DNA of 40,000 nucleotides from an uncultured Eubacteriaceae bacterium (GCA_945867155.1 CAMBHL010000003.1:160099-200098); one strand, 5' to 3'. Numbered from the stretch's first letter, positions 22,763 through 32,324 are shown. Translations and numbers: made by a program. The notes: generated from the sequence alone by a model not told the origin.

Positions 22763-25421
22763 ACCACGAATCTCCTTCATGAGCGTCGACCACCAACGGC
22801 ACGGCCAGCTGCACCGTATTTTCCATTTCTTCGATCAAAAGGGCCAGCACGTCGTCCGCTTCGTCCTTCGGCGCGTCGATGATGAGTTCATCGTGAATCT
22901 GCAGAATCAAGTGAGAGCGCAGACTTTCTTTCTGCAGGCGCTTGTACACGCGGATCATGGCCATTTTCATGATGTCCGCCGCCGTGCCTTGGATCGGCGT
23001 GTTCAGCGCGATGCGCTCGCCGCTTTTGCGGATCATGCCGTTGCGGGACTGAATTTCCGGAATGTTGCGCCGGCGCCCGAACAGCGTCGTGACGTAGCCC
23101 TTTTCCTTGGCCGAGGCCACGATGTTTTCCATATAAGCCTGCACTTTCGGGTAGCGGGCGAAATACATGTCGATGTAGTTCTGGGCCTGCTGGCGGCTGA
23201 TGCCCAGCTCTTTGCCGAGACTGAAAGCCTGTTTGCCGTAAATGAGACCGAAGTTGACGGCCTTCGCGTGGCTGCGCTGTTCCCGAGTCACCTTTTCGAG
23301 GGACACGCCGAAAATTTCAGAAGCTGTTCTCGCGTGGATGTCCTCTTCCCGCTTAAAGGACTGGATCAGATTTTCATCGCCAGTCAAATGGGCCAGCACC
23401 CGGAGCTCGATCTGGGAATAGTCCGCGTCGAGGAGCGTCCGGTCCGGGCTTTCAGGAATAAAGACCTTGCGGATTTCCCGGCCGAGGTCCGTGCGCACTG
23501 GAATGTTCTGGAGGTTGGGGTCTGAAGATGAAATCCGCCCCGTCGCCGTCACCGTCTGGTTGAAATGGGAGTACACCCGTTGGGTCTTCGGGTCGACGTA
23601 TTTAATCAGGCCGGCACCGTAAGTGGAGTCCAGCTTTGTGACCGTCCGATACTCGAGAATCGCCGGCACGATGTCGTGATAAGGGGCCAGCTGTTCCAGC
23701 ACTTCCACCGACGTCGAATAGCCGGTTTTCGTCTTTTTGATGGCCGGCAGCTGAAGTTCTTCAAACAGCACCTGGCCCAGCTGCTTCGTGGAGTTGATGT
23801 TGAATTCGCGGCCTGCCGCGTTGTAAATCTGATCGGTCAGATCGTGAATCCGGCTTTCAAAGGTTTTTGACAAATCCTTGAGCTGGTCCACATCGATCTG
23901 AAAGCCGATGCTTTCCATGGACGCCAGGACTTCAATCAGCGGCATTTCGATGTCTTCGTAAAGCCGAGTCATGCCCTGTTCTTCGAGGCATTGGCGCAGT
24001 TCTTTTTCCAAATCGATGAGAACCTGGCATTCTTTGGCCATCTGGGGCGCCATCACTTCCGGCGCGAGATCCCCGAGCTTTTTCCGCTTTTTTCCCTTGC
24101 CGAACAAACTTTCTTCGTCAGGGATGCTGCGGTCGAGGTATTTGCGGGCCAGGTCCGACAGGGCGTAGCGCCGGTCCGTCGGTTCCAGCAGATAGGCTGC
24201 GATGTAGGTGTCAAAGCCGAGATTCGCCACAGATGCCCCTTCGGCTTCAAAAGCGTGGATCAACGTCTTCAGGTCGTGGCCGGTGACGGCCAGGTCGTCG
24301 GCGTTGGGCAGATCGTCAAATTCATGGATAAAACGGCGAATGAGCTTGGGATCGTCCATGACCCAGATTGTCTTGAAGTTGCTGACCGCCAGATACGCCG
24401 CGTCTTCTTCTTCCCGAAGGTGCAGGGCGATCCGGTCCCATTTTGCGATCTGCAGCTGAAGGAAATACAGATCCTTTTCTGAATCCAGATGAGAAAAAGG
24501 CACCGCTTCTCCCCCATCAGTGCCCAAAGTTTGGGGCTGGCCTTTGGTGCGTTCCACACTGCGGATGATCGACGAAAATTCCAATTCTTTTAAAGTCGCC
24601 ATGACATCCGGATTAAAGAGATCATTCATCGCCAGGGCTTTGTCGTCTGTTTTGACCGGCGCCTTAACGTCGATGCGCCCGAGGAACAGACTCAAATAGG
24701 CGTTGTCCTTTCCCGCTTCCACTTTTTCTTTCTGCTTGCCTTTGAGCTCGTCGATGTGAGCGTACAGGCCGTCCACGGTCTTGTATTTTTTAACGAATTT
24801 CAGAGCCGTCTTTTCCCCAATGCCCTTGATGCCGGGGATATTGTCCGAGGTATCCCCCATGAGGGCCTTCACCTGGATGAGGTCCGCCGGTTCCACCCCG
24901 TACTTGTCTTCAATGGCCGCCGGGTCCATTTCCACAAACTGAGAACCGCTCCGGGTCGTCGTGTACAAAATGTGGATGTTGTCTTCGACGAGCTGGAAGG
25001 AGTCCCGATCCCCGGTGATGATCTGGACCAGCACCGGTTCGTCCCGATGGGCAAAGGCCTTAGCCACGGTCCCGACAATGTCGTCCGCTTCGTACCCCGG
25101 CAGGGTCAGCACCGGCACCTGCATTTCCCCGAGCAGTTTCTTCATCAAATCCAGCTGGGTGATGAGCTCGTCAGGCATTTTGTCCCGGCCAGCCTTGTAG
25201 TCATCGAATTTTTCGTGGCGGAAAGTCGGTTCCGGCAAATCAAAGGCCACCCCGAGATAATCGGGCCGCATCTCATTCTGAATCTGCTGGAGCAGCTTGA
25301 CGAAGCCATACACCGCGTTGGTCGGCACCCCTTTGGAATTCGCCATGCCGCGAATGCCGTAAAACATCCGGAATAAAATGCTGTTGCCGTCGATTAATAT
25401 GGCCTTTTGCTTTGCCGCCAT
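22749..25421 (-). CDS. polA: DNA polymerase I
   Basis: 890 aa. It has an N-terminal 5'-3' exonuclease domain (LIDGNSILFRMFYG..., GDTSDNIPGIKGIGEKTA) and C-terminal polymerase motifs (DYSQIELRVLAH, RSHAKAVNFGLIYG, QIHDELI). Confidence 0.95.
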   Translation of the reverse strand: MAAKQKAILIDGNSILFRMFYGIRGMANSKGVPTNAVYGFVKLLQQIQNEMRPDYLGVAFDLPEPTFRHEKFDDYKAGRDKMPDELITQLDLMKKLLGEMQVPVLTLPGYEADDIVGTVAKAFAHRDEPVLVQIITGDRDSFQLVEDNIHILYTTTRSGSQFVEMDPAAIEDKYGVEPADLIQVKALMGDTSDNIPGIKGIGEKTALKFVKKYKTVDGLYAHIDELKGKQKEKVEAGKDNAYLSLFLGRIDVKAPVKTDDKALAMNDLFNPDVMATLKELEFSSIIRSVERTKGQPQTLGTDGGEAVPFSHLDSEKDLYFLQLQIAKWDRIALHLREEEDAAYLAVSNFKTIWVMDDPKLIRRFIHEFDDLPNADDLAVTGHDLKTLIHAFEAEGASVANLGFDTYIAAYLLEPTDRRYALSDLARKYLDRSIPDEESLFGKGKKRKKLGDLAPEVMAPQMAKECQVLIDLEKELRQCLEEQGMTRLYEDIEMPLIEVLASMESIGFQIDVDQLKDLSKTFESRIHDLTDQIYNAAGREFNINSTKQLGQVLFEELQLPAIKKTKTGYSTSVEVLEQLAPYHDIVPAILEYRTVTKLDSTYGAGLIKYVDPKTQRVYSHFNQTVTATGRISSSDPNLQNIPVRTDLGREIRKVFIPESPDRTLLDADYSQIELRVLAHLTGDENLIQSFKREEDIHARTASEIFGVSLEKVTREQRSHAKAVNFGLIYGKQAFSLGKELGISRQQAQNYIDMYFARYPKVQAYMENIVASAKEKGYVTTLFGRRRNIPEIQSRNGMIRKSGERIALNTPIQGTAADIMKMAMIRVYKRLQKESLRSHLILQIHDELIIDAPKDEADDVLALLIEEMENTVQLAVPLVVDAHEGDSWYAIK

Positions 25422-25442
25422 CCTGTCCTCCTGTGTTTTGTT

Positions 25443-26459
25443 TTAATCTCTGTACCCGTTGGGGTTCTGTTTCTGCCAATTCCACGAATCCCGACACATG
25501 TCTTCGAGGGTGCGAGTCGCCGTCCAGCCCAACACTTTTTTCGCTTTGTCCGCGTTGGCCCAGAATTCCGGCAGGTCGCCGGCGCGTCTCGGCCCGAATT
25601 CGTATTTGATTTTGAGGTCATTGGCCTTTTCAAAAGCTTTGACGATTTCCAAGACGGAATATGGGGTGCCCGTGCCCAAATTAAAGATATTCGTTCCCGG
25701 ATGATCCGCGATGTATTCCACGGCCTTGACGTGGCCTTCGGCGAGATCCATCACGTGGATGTAGTCCCGGCGGCACGTGCCGTCCGGCGTGTCGTAGTCG
25801 TTGCCGAAAATCGTCAGGTGATCCAGCTTGCCCACAGCCACCTGGGAAATATAGGGCATCAGGTTGTTGGGAATCCCCTTGGGATCTTCGCCGATCATGC
25901 CGCTTTCGTGGGCGCCGATGGGATTGAAGTAGCGCAGCAGCACGAGATTCATGTCCGGATCAGCGGCCACCGCGTCGGTGAGAATCTGTTCCATCATGTA
26001 TTTGGTCCATCCGTAGGGGTTCGAGCAGCTGCCCCGGTGCATCGTTTCGACGTATGGAATCGCGTTTTCCGCGCCATACACCGTCGCTGATGACGAGAAC
26101 ACGAAGTTCTTCACCCCGGTCGCTTCCATGCATTCCAAAAGCGTCAGGGTCGTGTCGATGTTGTTGCGGTAGTAGAACAGCGGTTTTTTCACCGATTCGC
26201 CCACGGCTTTAAGGCCTGCGAAATGGATGACGCAGTCGATGTCGTTTTCCTTAAAGATTTTCATCATGGCATCCCGGTCCTGGACGTCCGCTTCGTACAA
26301 GGTCACCGGCTTGCCCGTCAGTTTTTCCACCCGGCGCACTGCTTCCGGCGACGCGTTGTAATAATTATCTGCGATCACGACGTCGTGGCCGCTGTTGAGC
26401 AAAGCCAAAGCCGTATGACTACCAATGTAGCCGGCACCGCCAGCAAGTAATATTTTCAT
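25443..26459 (-). CDS. galE: UDP-glucose 4-epimerase
   Basis: MKILLAGGAGYIGSH..., the YGWTK catalytic region (Y-x3-K) and a typical GalE C-terminus. Confidence 0.9.
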   Translation of the reverse strand: MKILLAGGAGYIGSHTALALLNSGHDVVIADNYYNASPEAVRRVEKLTGKPVTLYEADVQDRDAMMKIFKENDIDCVIHFAGLKAVGESVKKPLFYYRNNIDTTLTLLECMEATGVKNFVFSSSATVYGAENAIPYVETMHRGSCSNPYGWTKYMMEQILTDAVAADPDMNLVLLRYFNPIGAHESGMIGEDPKGIPNNLMPYISQVAVGKLDHLTIFGNDYDTPDGTCRRDYIHVMDLAEGHVKAVEYIADHPGTNIFNLGTGTPYSVLEIVKAFEKANDLKIKYEFGPRRAGDLPEFWANADKAKKVLGWTATRTLEDMCRDSWNWQKQNPNGYRD

Positions 26460-26494
26460 GGAAACCTCCTAATGATTATCGTAATATCGTTTGT

Positions 26495-26524
26495 ATTATA
26501 CCCCATTTGTCCTTTCCGTGCCAA
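26495..26524 (-). promoter_or_regulatory. Candidate promoter for galE-polA-coaE
   Basis: Reverse strand reads TTGGCA (26524-26519), an 18-nt spacer, then TATAAT (26500-26495). Confidence 0.4.
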
Positions 26525-26564
26525 CTTCAAGCAATATTTATCTTTGATTGTGCTGTTTCGTCTC

Positions 26565-26594
26565 TTGTTTCCCCAATCGTAAACGTGCTACAAT
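26565..26594 (+). promoter_or_regulatory. Candidate promoter for the kinase gene (divergent from galE)
   Basis: TTGTTT (26565-26570), an 18-nt spacer ending in TGc, then TACAAT (26589-26594), which is an extended -10 (TGcTACAAT). Confidence 0.45.
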
Positions 26595-26634
26595 GATAAA
26601 ATATAAAAATAAGAAAGAGAGATGGAGGACGAAC

Positions 26635-27882
26635 ATGGACTACAAAAACTTAACGCCGGAAAGCGCTGCAGCTTACATCAAAAACGAAACCGATCTGTTT
26701 CCGGAAGACGCGGACTTAGACGTCTACGAAATCGGCAGCGGCGGCAACAACGCCAACGACGGCGACGGTTTTATCAACTTTGTCTTCCGCATTACGGGCA
26801 CCAAAACCCATCACTCCGTCATCCTCAAGCAGGCTCGAGACTACGCCCGAACCTTTAAAGGAGACACCCCTTTTATTCCCGAACGCAACGCGACTGAAGC
26901 GAAGCTCATGGCCATCAAATCGGCTATTACCCCGGATTACATCCCAGAAATCTACCGCGTCGACGAAACCAACCACCTTTATATCTGCGAAGACTGCGGC
27001 AATCTCAAGATCTGGCGTTTCGCCCTCGACGCCGGCAAAATTTATCCGAAAATTCCGAAGATGGTCGGCGAACTCGTGGCCAAAAACAATTTTTACACCT
27101 CAGAGCTCTATTTAGAGCCCGAAGTGCACCAGAAGCTCGAAGCCACGTTCAACAACGCGACCATGCGCAACCTTTTCGAAAATATTTTATTCCTGCACAT
27201 TATCACCACACCTGAGGAAAAAGATCCGGTTCGCCTCGAAATGGCCAATGTTATCTGGCAGGACCACGCATTCCGCACGGAAATGCTCAAGCTCCGCCAT
27301 ATCTACATGGCCAAATCGGAATGCCTGATCCATTCGGATCTGCACACATCCAACATCATGGTCGACGCCGACCACATGAAGACCATCGACATGGAATACG
27401 CCTTCATGGGACCGTGCTCCGCCGATTCCGGCTACCTCATCGGCAATTTCCTCTATCAGTACCTCCGCTGGTTCTACTGCCCAGCCACTGAAGACAGCAC
27501 GCCGGAAGAAATGCGGGCCTACGCCCTCGACTGCATCCGGGATTTCTTAAACACGTATTTCGACGTCTTCAAGGCCTGCTGGGCCAAAGACGTTCGGAAA
27601 ATTTACCAGGGCTTTGACGATTACCGGGATTATCTTCTCGACCGTTACTTCCACGAAACCGTCGGCTTTATCGGCTGCCAAATCATGAGCCGCATCGGCC
27701 GGGACACCGCGACCCCGGACATCGACACCATCCCGGACAAAAACGACCAGTACGAAGCCTGCCGAATTCTGTTGCTCATCGCCCAGTACCTGGTACTCCA
27801 CCGGGAAGAAATCACCGATACCGACGATCTGATCAAGACGGTCGTTGAACTCACTGAAACGTCAAGGAAAGCGCTGCATTAG
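26635..27882 (+). CDS. Methylthioribose-kinase-like phosphotransferase (APH/ChoK-fold kinase)
   Basis: About 415 aa from ATG 26635 (RBS GGAGGA). It has the nucleotide-loop region YEIGSGGNNANDGDGFINFVFRI and a catalytic HSDLHTSNIM...IDMEYAFMGP, resembling MtnK (EIGDGNLN..VF, HGDLHTGS). The substrate is not inferable. Confidence 0.65.
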   Translation: MDYKNLTPESAAAYIKNETDLFPEDADLDVYEIGSGGNNANDGDGFINFVFRITGTKTHHSVILKQARDYARTFKGDTPFIPERNATEAKLMAIKSAITPDYIPEIYRVDETNHLYICEDCGNLKIWRFALDAGKIYPKIPKMVGELVAKNNFYTSELYLEPEVHQKLEATFNNATMRNLFENILFLHIITTPEEKDPVRLEMANVIWQDHAFRTEMLKLRHIYMAKSECLIHSDLHTSNIMVDADHMKTIDMEYAFMGPCSADSGYLIGNFLYQYLRWFYCPATEDSTPEEMRAYALDCIRDFLNTYFDVFKACWAKDVRKIYQGFDDYRDYLLDRYFHETVGFIGCQIMSRIGRDTATPDIDTIPDKNDQYEACRILLLIAQYLVLHREEITDTDDLIKTVVELTETSRKALH

Positions 27883-27903
27883 GCGAAATAATTTCTAGAA
27901 ATG

Positions 27904-27939
27904 CAAGAGCCGCTGTGATTGTTATCACAGCGGCTCTTG
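27904..27939. terminator. Perfect 16-bp stem hairpin between convergent genes (probable bidirectional terminator)
   Basis: CAAGAGCCGCTGTGAT (27904-27919), loop TGTT, then ATCACAGCGGCTCTTG (27924-27939). The flanking U-tracts are weak. It sits exactly at the GC-rich to AT-rich transition. Confidence 0.5.
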
Positions 27940-29027
27940 TTATGCCCTTTGCTTATCTTTTTTGATAAGTGGATACTGACGGTACATGAAAAACGACCGA
28001 ATCACTGGAATATGCGGGATCACTGCAATAGCTATAACTGCCAGAACGACGCGGCAAAGAATTAAACCTGTAGTATAAAACTTCATGCTGCTGATTTTAA
28101 GTGCTCCGCAAAGCTTGTCCATAACGCGAAACGTCTTTAATGTATTTAAGTCAAGAATATGGGTGCACAAAACAATGAGTGAGAGTTCTCCTAATTTTGA
28201 GAACCATTTTGTAAATTCTTTAAAACATTTTTCAAGCCAAAGGCTCACATAGCAAATCGCATAGCACCCGGCCACACTGCCAATAACCGCAATCGCTGGA
28301 TTGTCTGCTGTCGCCGTATTCAGCCAAAACGTACTGATTCTAGCAGAAAGCCCCCAGACGATAAGGGCAAAAGCAACGTGAAACCACTTTCCTTTTTGAA
28401 TCAATTTATGGCGGTGCATCCATTCGCCAGTCCAGTAAAAAAACATGCTGACCAAGGCGGCTGGGATGGACCAGGGCAAATACAGATTAAATTTTTCGGT
28501 TAAGACAAACCCTAGAGCGCAAAAACCTGCAAAAAGCACCGTACAAGCCAAATCTGAAAAATGGTACCGATCTGTTAAATTCCTCAATCCCGTGTACAGT
28601 AAGTTCGCCACAAACATACACGGCAGAAACCAAATGGCGCCTATCGCCATAATATTCACCTGTGTCTTCCCGATAACCGTTGTTGCTGTACCAATACCGT
28701 AACAAGCCGCGATTACGCCTTGACGAAAGGTTGGAAAATAAGGCTGCAAAAATGATTCGGTCTTTTTACCGCAATCATCGAAAAGATGATCATCAAAACA
28801 CTGGTAATGATGTAGGGCAGTAAAAGATTATCAAACCCACCTGAAATGACTTTTTGGATCGGTTTCTGCCGGTGCAGATAGCCTGACAAAAAGAAAAAAA
28901 TTGAAACATTTACGATATAAATTGCATAAAAAATTGTTCGTCCGAAAGTCACGTCAATGGTATGACCCGTGATGATCAATAAAATGCCTATAACTCTGGC
29001 ATCGTCAATCCATTTTACCCGCTCCAT
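27940..29027 (-). pseudogene. Acyltransferase-3 family membrane O-acyltransferase, split by a -1 frameshift
   Basis: The two track ORFs (28713..29096 and 27940..28749) are the N- and C-terminal parts of one AT3 protein (MERVKWIDDARVIGILLIITGH... / ...AIWFLPCMFVANLLY...). Adding one A to the A5 tract at 28748-28752 joins them in frame (...RPNHF-LQPYFPTFRQGV...). Confidence 0.75.
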
Positions 29028-29053
29028 AAACATCCTTTCACTGGAATTTCCGC

Positions 29054-29093
29054 AAAAAGCCCTCTTGCAAACAATTTGCAAAAGGGCTTTTTT
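29054..29093 (-). terminator. Rho-independent terminator downstream of the GH25 gene
   Basis: Stem GCCCTCTTGCAAA (29059-29071) / TTTGCAAAAGGGC (29075-29087) with one mismatch. It is flanked by an A-run on the left and a T-run on the right, so it could work in both directions. Confidence 0.55.
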
Positions 29094-29119
29094 CATTTGA
29101 TACTTAATTTATTTTTTAG

Positions 29120-31741
29120 TTAAAAATTCGAATACGTTTTATTCATATCAATACCGCCGGAAAGTCCAGGCACGCTTCCGGTGTCGCTGTACTGCCAGAT
29201 ATCGATGTGATTGTTATAGGATGGTTTCGAAGAGCTGTTCCAGAAATACGGATACTGCGCGTACCAGATCTTGTAGTTTTTAATCATGCTGTAATCCAGA
29301 TGATTGTTTAGCCAGTTCTGATTGGCGTAGATCATCGGCGTATAACCAGCTTTTTTCACTTCTTCGCAGAAAGCGATGGCATTCTTCGACTGCTGGGTTT
29401 TGCTCAGATACGCAATCTTGCTGTCTTCCAAGTCGATGCAGATCGGCATTTTAAGGCTCCGGCCGTTAAGCAGGCTGATCGCATAATCCGCTTCCTGGCG
29501 GGCTTCGTTTTCATCATCCGCGTAGCTGTAGACGTAAACGCCAAAAGGCATGCCTGCGGCTGTCGCATTGGTGTAGTTATTGTTGAACTGCTTGTCCATC
29601 GCGCCGTTGCCCGCATGGCCCCAGGCGATGCGCAGCATCGCAAAGGAGTAGCCCGCGTTTTTCGCTTTGCGCCAGTTGTCAGCACTGATGTAGCCCTGCC
29701 ATTCGGAAACGTCGACCCCTAAACCGTTGGTCTTGACTACACTATTGTTAATTTTGATATACGCGTTACTTGTATCCCCTGGCGCCGATGCGTTTTTAGG
29801 CAAGACACAAACCTGAACGGCTTCCACGCGAAGACCACCATTGGAAGTTCCAGCCCAGTCTCCATCCTTCGCCCAACCGAGCCAACCGTAATTCTGAACG
29901 TGGACACGGTACCAGACACTCATGGATGAAGCAGCCGAACCGTTAAGCTTCAACTGAACCGCTTCCAAACGTTTATTTTCTCCTGTAGTTCCGGAAAATT
30001 TATCTGTATCTTTACTACTGATCCAATCTTGAGAGCTTCCAATATCCTGAATATATGAATGATAAGAAATATTAGAATCTCCTAAAACCTGATCTGAGAA
30101 TTTCACCTGAAGAGCTTCAACTCTCAGAGCCTGTCCTGTTGTACCAGAAGTCTGTCCTGCGGATGTCCAATCCATCCAGCCTTTATTCTGAACGTGGGTT
30201 CTGTATGACACCGTATAAGCTTTGGTCAAATTGTCTTGGGTAAGTTCTGCTGTTGAGATACTTCCGAGGGCATTTGGTGCCGCATCGCCTTTGGGCACCA
30301 GTTTAATAGCGATGGCTTCAGCTCTTAAACCGAGGCCTTCTGACCCAGCCGACTCGCCGTTTTTCGCCCAGCCAAGCCAGCCGTAGTTCTGAACATGAAC
30401 GGCATAATAGATATCATATTGTTCGCTGAGGGAATCATTCAATTTAATTTGAACCGCTTCAAGGCGTCTAGCTTGCCCCGTTGTGCCGGCAGTCTGGTTA
30501 TTGTTGACCCAGTTTTGCCAGCCTGTACCTTGAAGATGAGCACGATACGTAATACTTGTAGCTGTATTATTTAAATTGTCCGCCGTGAAATTAATTTTTA
30601 AAGCTTCAAGACGAAGGGATTTTCCCGTTTCGCCGGCCACAGCCCCGTCCTGAACCGTTTTCGTCCAGCCGGTATTCTGCTGATGGACACTGTATTGAAC
30701 GTGGGGATTCGAAACGTCCGACGCCGTATAAACGTGTTTGAATGCACTGCCCAAAGGCTGAGGTGCTGTCGCCCCTTTGTTCACGATGATGACTTCGACC
30801 CCTTCGATCCGTTTTGAAAGGCCGACAGAACCACAGGTTTCCCCGTTTTTCGCCCAATTGACCCAGCCGTAATCCTGGACATAGGCGCAGTAGTAAATAT
30901 CGTATTTACTGGCGTCTGTTCCTGTCAAGTTAATTTTAAAGGCTTCAAGCCGCAGGCTCTGACCGATCGTCCCAGCGAGTTCTCCATTGCTTTTAGCGCT
31001 TTGCCAGCCGATATTTTGAACATGAGCGGAATACGAGACACCGAGGGTCGACGTATCCTGACCTGTTTTAATCGAAAGGCCTTCCAGCCGCAGGTCCTGA
31101 CCGATGGTGCCGGCCACCTGACCGCCGCTTACCGCATTGAGGGTGCCTTTATTTTGAACATGAGCCTGCACTTTTAATGACGTATTTACGTCACTGCTGT
31201 AATTTTGAGGTGTTCCGATACTGATGGTAAATTTCTGCCCTGCCGTATTATTCTGCTGGTACAGCTGGACATTGGTGCCATCCGTCGTGATATTGCCGCC
31301 GGCTACATCCATAACCTTTGTACTCGAGCAGGCTGGCTGCAGGGTGTAGGTTCCGTCCGATTCCAAATTTAGCGTCCATTTTTGGGCATCCGAATCATTT
31401 TCGTCGTACACTTGAATATTGGTGCCGTTTTTGTCGCTGGCGCCATTGACGTCCAGTGCTTTCTGTGCCCCCTTGTTTAATATTTTGTACTGGCCGTTTC
31501 CGATTGGAATAAATTCCCAGTATTGATCCTGACTATACTGATTTTTTTCAAGAATAATCACGTTGTTAACATTTCTTGAAACTGCCTTGTCTCCCACCAA
31601 AATCTGAGCCGTAAAACTATCCTGAGGCAAATCTGCCGCTTTCACTGTTCCTGTTGCAAACAGCATTGCAAACAAGAAAATGCTCAAAAAAGAAAAAAGA
31701 CCTATTATCGAACTGTACGCTATGCGTTTTATTCCGCTCAT
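29120..31741 (-). CDS. Secreted cell-wall hydrolase: signal peptide, ricin-type beta-trefoil lectin region, 9 ChW repeats, C-terminal GH25 muramidase
   Basis: The signal/TM segment is IIGLFSFLSIFLFAMLFATGTVKA. QxW-like lectin motifs are present (AQKWTL, GQKFTI). Nine repeats follow the form Y.AHVQN.GW...G..AGT.G...R.EA..I.L (the ChW family). The C-terminus GVDVSEWQG...FAMLRI...DIWQYS is typical of GH25 lysozymes. The start is placed at ATG 31741 (RBS AAAGGA). Confidence 0.85.
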   Translation of the reverse strand: MSGIKRIAYSSIIGLFSFLSIFLFAMLFATGTVKAADLPQDSFTAQILVGDKAVSRNVNNVIILEKNQYSQDQYWEFIPIGNGQYKILNKGAQKALDVNGASDKNGTNIQVYDENDSDAQKWTLNLESDGTYTLQPACSSTKVMDVAGGNITTDGTNVQLYQQNNTAGQKFTISIGTPQNYSSDVNTSLKVQAHVQNKGTLNAVSGGQVAGTIGQDLRLEGLSIKTGQDTSTLGVSYSAHVQNIGWQSAKSNGELAGTIGQSLRLEAFKINLTGTDASKYDIYYCAYVQDYGWVNWAKNGETCGSVGLSKRIEGVEVIIVNKGATAPQPLGSAFKHVYTASDVSNPHVQYSVHQQNTGWTKTVQDGAVAGETGKSLRLEALKINFTADNLNNTATSITYRAHLQGTGWQNWVNNNQTAGTTGQARRLEAVQIKLNDSLSEQYDIYYAVHVQNYGWLGWAKNGESAGSEGLGLRAEAIAIKLVPKGDAAPNALGSISTAELTQDNLTKAYTVSYRTHVQNKGWMDWTSAGQTSGTTGQALRVEALQVKFSDQVLGDSNISYHSYIQDIGSSQDWISSKDTDKFSGTTGENKRLEAVQLKLNGSAASSMSVWYRVHVQNYGWLGWAKDGDWAGTSNGGLRVEAVQVCVLPKNASAPGDTSNAYIKINNSVVKTNGLGVDVSEWQGYISADNWRKAKNAGYSFAMLRIAWGHAGNGAMDKQFNNNYTNATAAGMPFGVYVYSYADDENEARQEADYAISLLNGRSLKMPICIDLEDSKIAYLSKTQQSKNAIAFCEEVKKAGYTPMIYANQNWLNNHLDYSMIKNYKIWYAQYPYFWNSSSKPSYNNHIDIWQYSDTGSVPGLSGGIDMNKTYSNF
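29801..31177 (-). repeat. In-gene tandem array of nine ~40-55-codon ChW repeat units
   Basis: Protein-level periodicity is read from the translation (aa 199-657 of the track ORF). The units are divergent at the DNA level. Confidence 0.7.
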
Positions 31742-31836
31742 GTAACCATCCTTTCGAAAAAAATCATTCACTTTTAATTATAACGAAAATTTTAGGATAG
31801 TAAAGCTCCTTTCCAATTTCTTAAACCTTTTTATTC

Positions 31837-31865
31837 TTGAAATATAAAGTGAGCATGTGTAAAAT
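31837..31865 (+). promoter_or_regulatory. Candidate promoter for gtrA
   Basis: TTGAAA (31837-31842), a 17-nt spacer, then TAAAAT (31860-31865). It lies 25 nt upstream of the AAGGAG RBS and ATG 31890. Confidence 0.45.
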
Positions 31866-31889
31866 AAAAACATTATCAAGGAGTTATTT

Positions 31890-32324
31890 ATGAAAAAGAA
31901 TATTAAAACCCTTTATTTAAACCATAAAGAAATTGTCAATTACCTGATCGTCGGCGTTCTTACGACTCTTATCAGCCTGGCCGTTTATTATTTTTGTGTT
32001 TCCACTTTCTTGAATCCCAGAAATGCCTTTCAGCTTCAGGCAGCCAACGTCATCTCCTGGATTATTTCTGTTCTTTTTGCTTACTTCACCAATCGTAAGT
32101 ACGTTTTTGAAAGCAAAAATCCCCATATCCTCAAAGAAGCCTCTGCCTTTTTCTTAGCCAGAGTCAGCACACTTCTGATGGATATGGGAATCATGTTTTT
32201 ATGTGTAACTTTAATGGGCATGAACGATAAAATTGCCAAGCTCATTTCTCAAGTCGTCGTTATCGTAAGCAATTATGTTTTCAGTAAATTGTTCGTCTTT
32301 AAAAAAGGACAGACAAAACATTAA
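31890..32324 (+). CDS. gtrA: GtrA-family polysaccharide-synthesis membrane protein
   Basis: 144 aa with four TM segments. The N-terminus ...IVNYLIVGVLTTLISLAVYY and ...FAYFTNRKYVF fit the GtrA-like family. Confidence 0.8.
   Translation: MKKNIKTLYLNHKEIVNYLIVGVLTTLISLAVYYFCVSTFLNPRNAFQLQAANVISWIISVLFAYFTNRKYVFESKNPHILKEASAFFLARVSTLLMDMGIMFLCVTLMGMNDKIAKLISQVVVIVSNYVFSKLFVFKKGQTKH

Noticed and set aside
29120-29725. The GH25 domain read as a prophage endolysin.
   Set aside because: The protein has an N-terminal signal peptide and its own terminator. No holin, portal, terminase, tail or integrase genes are present in the window.
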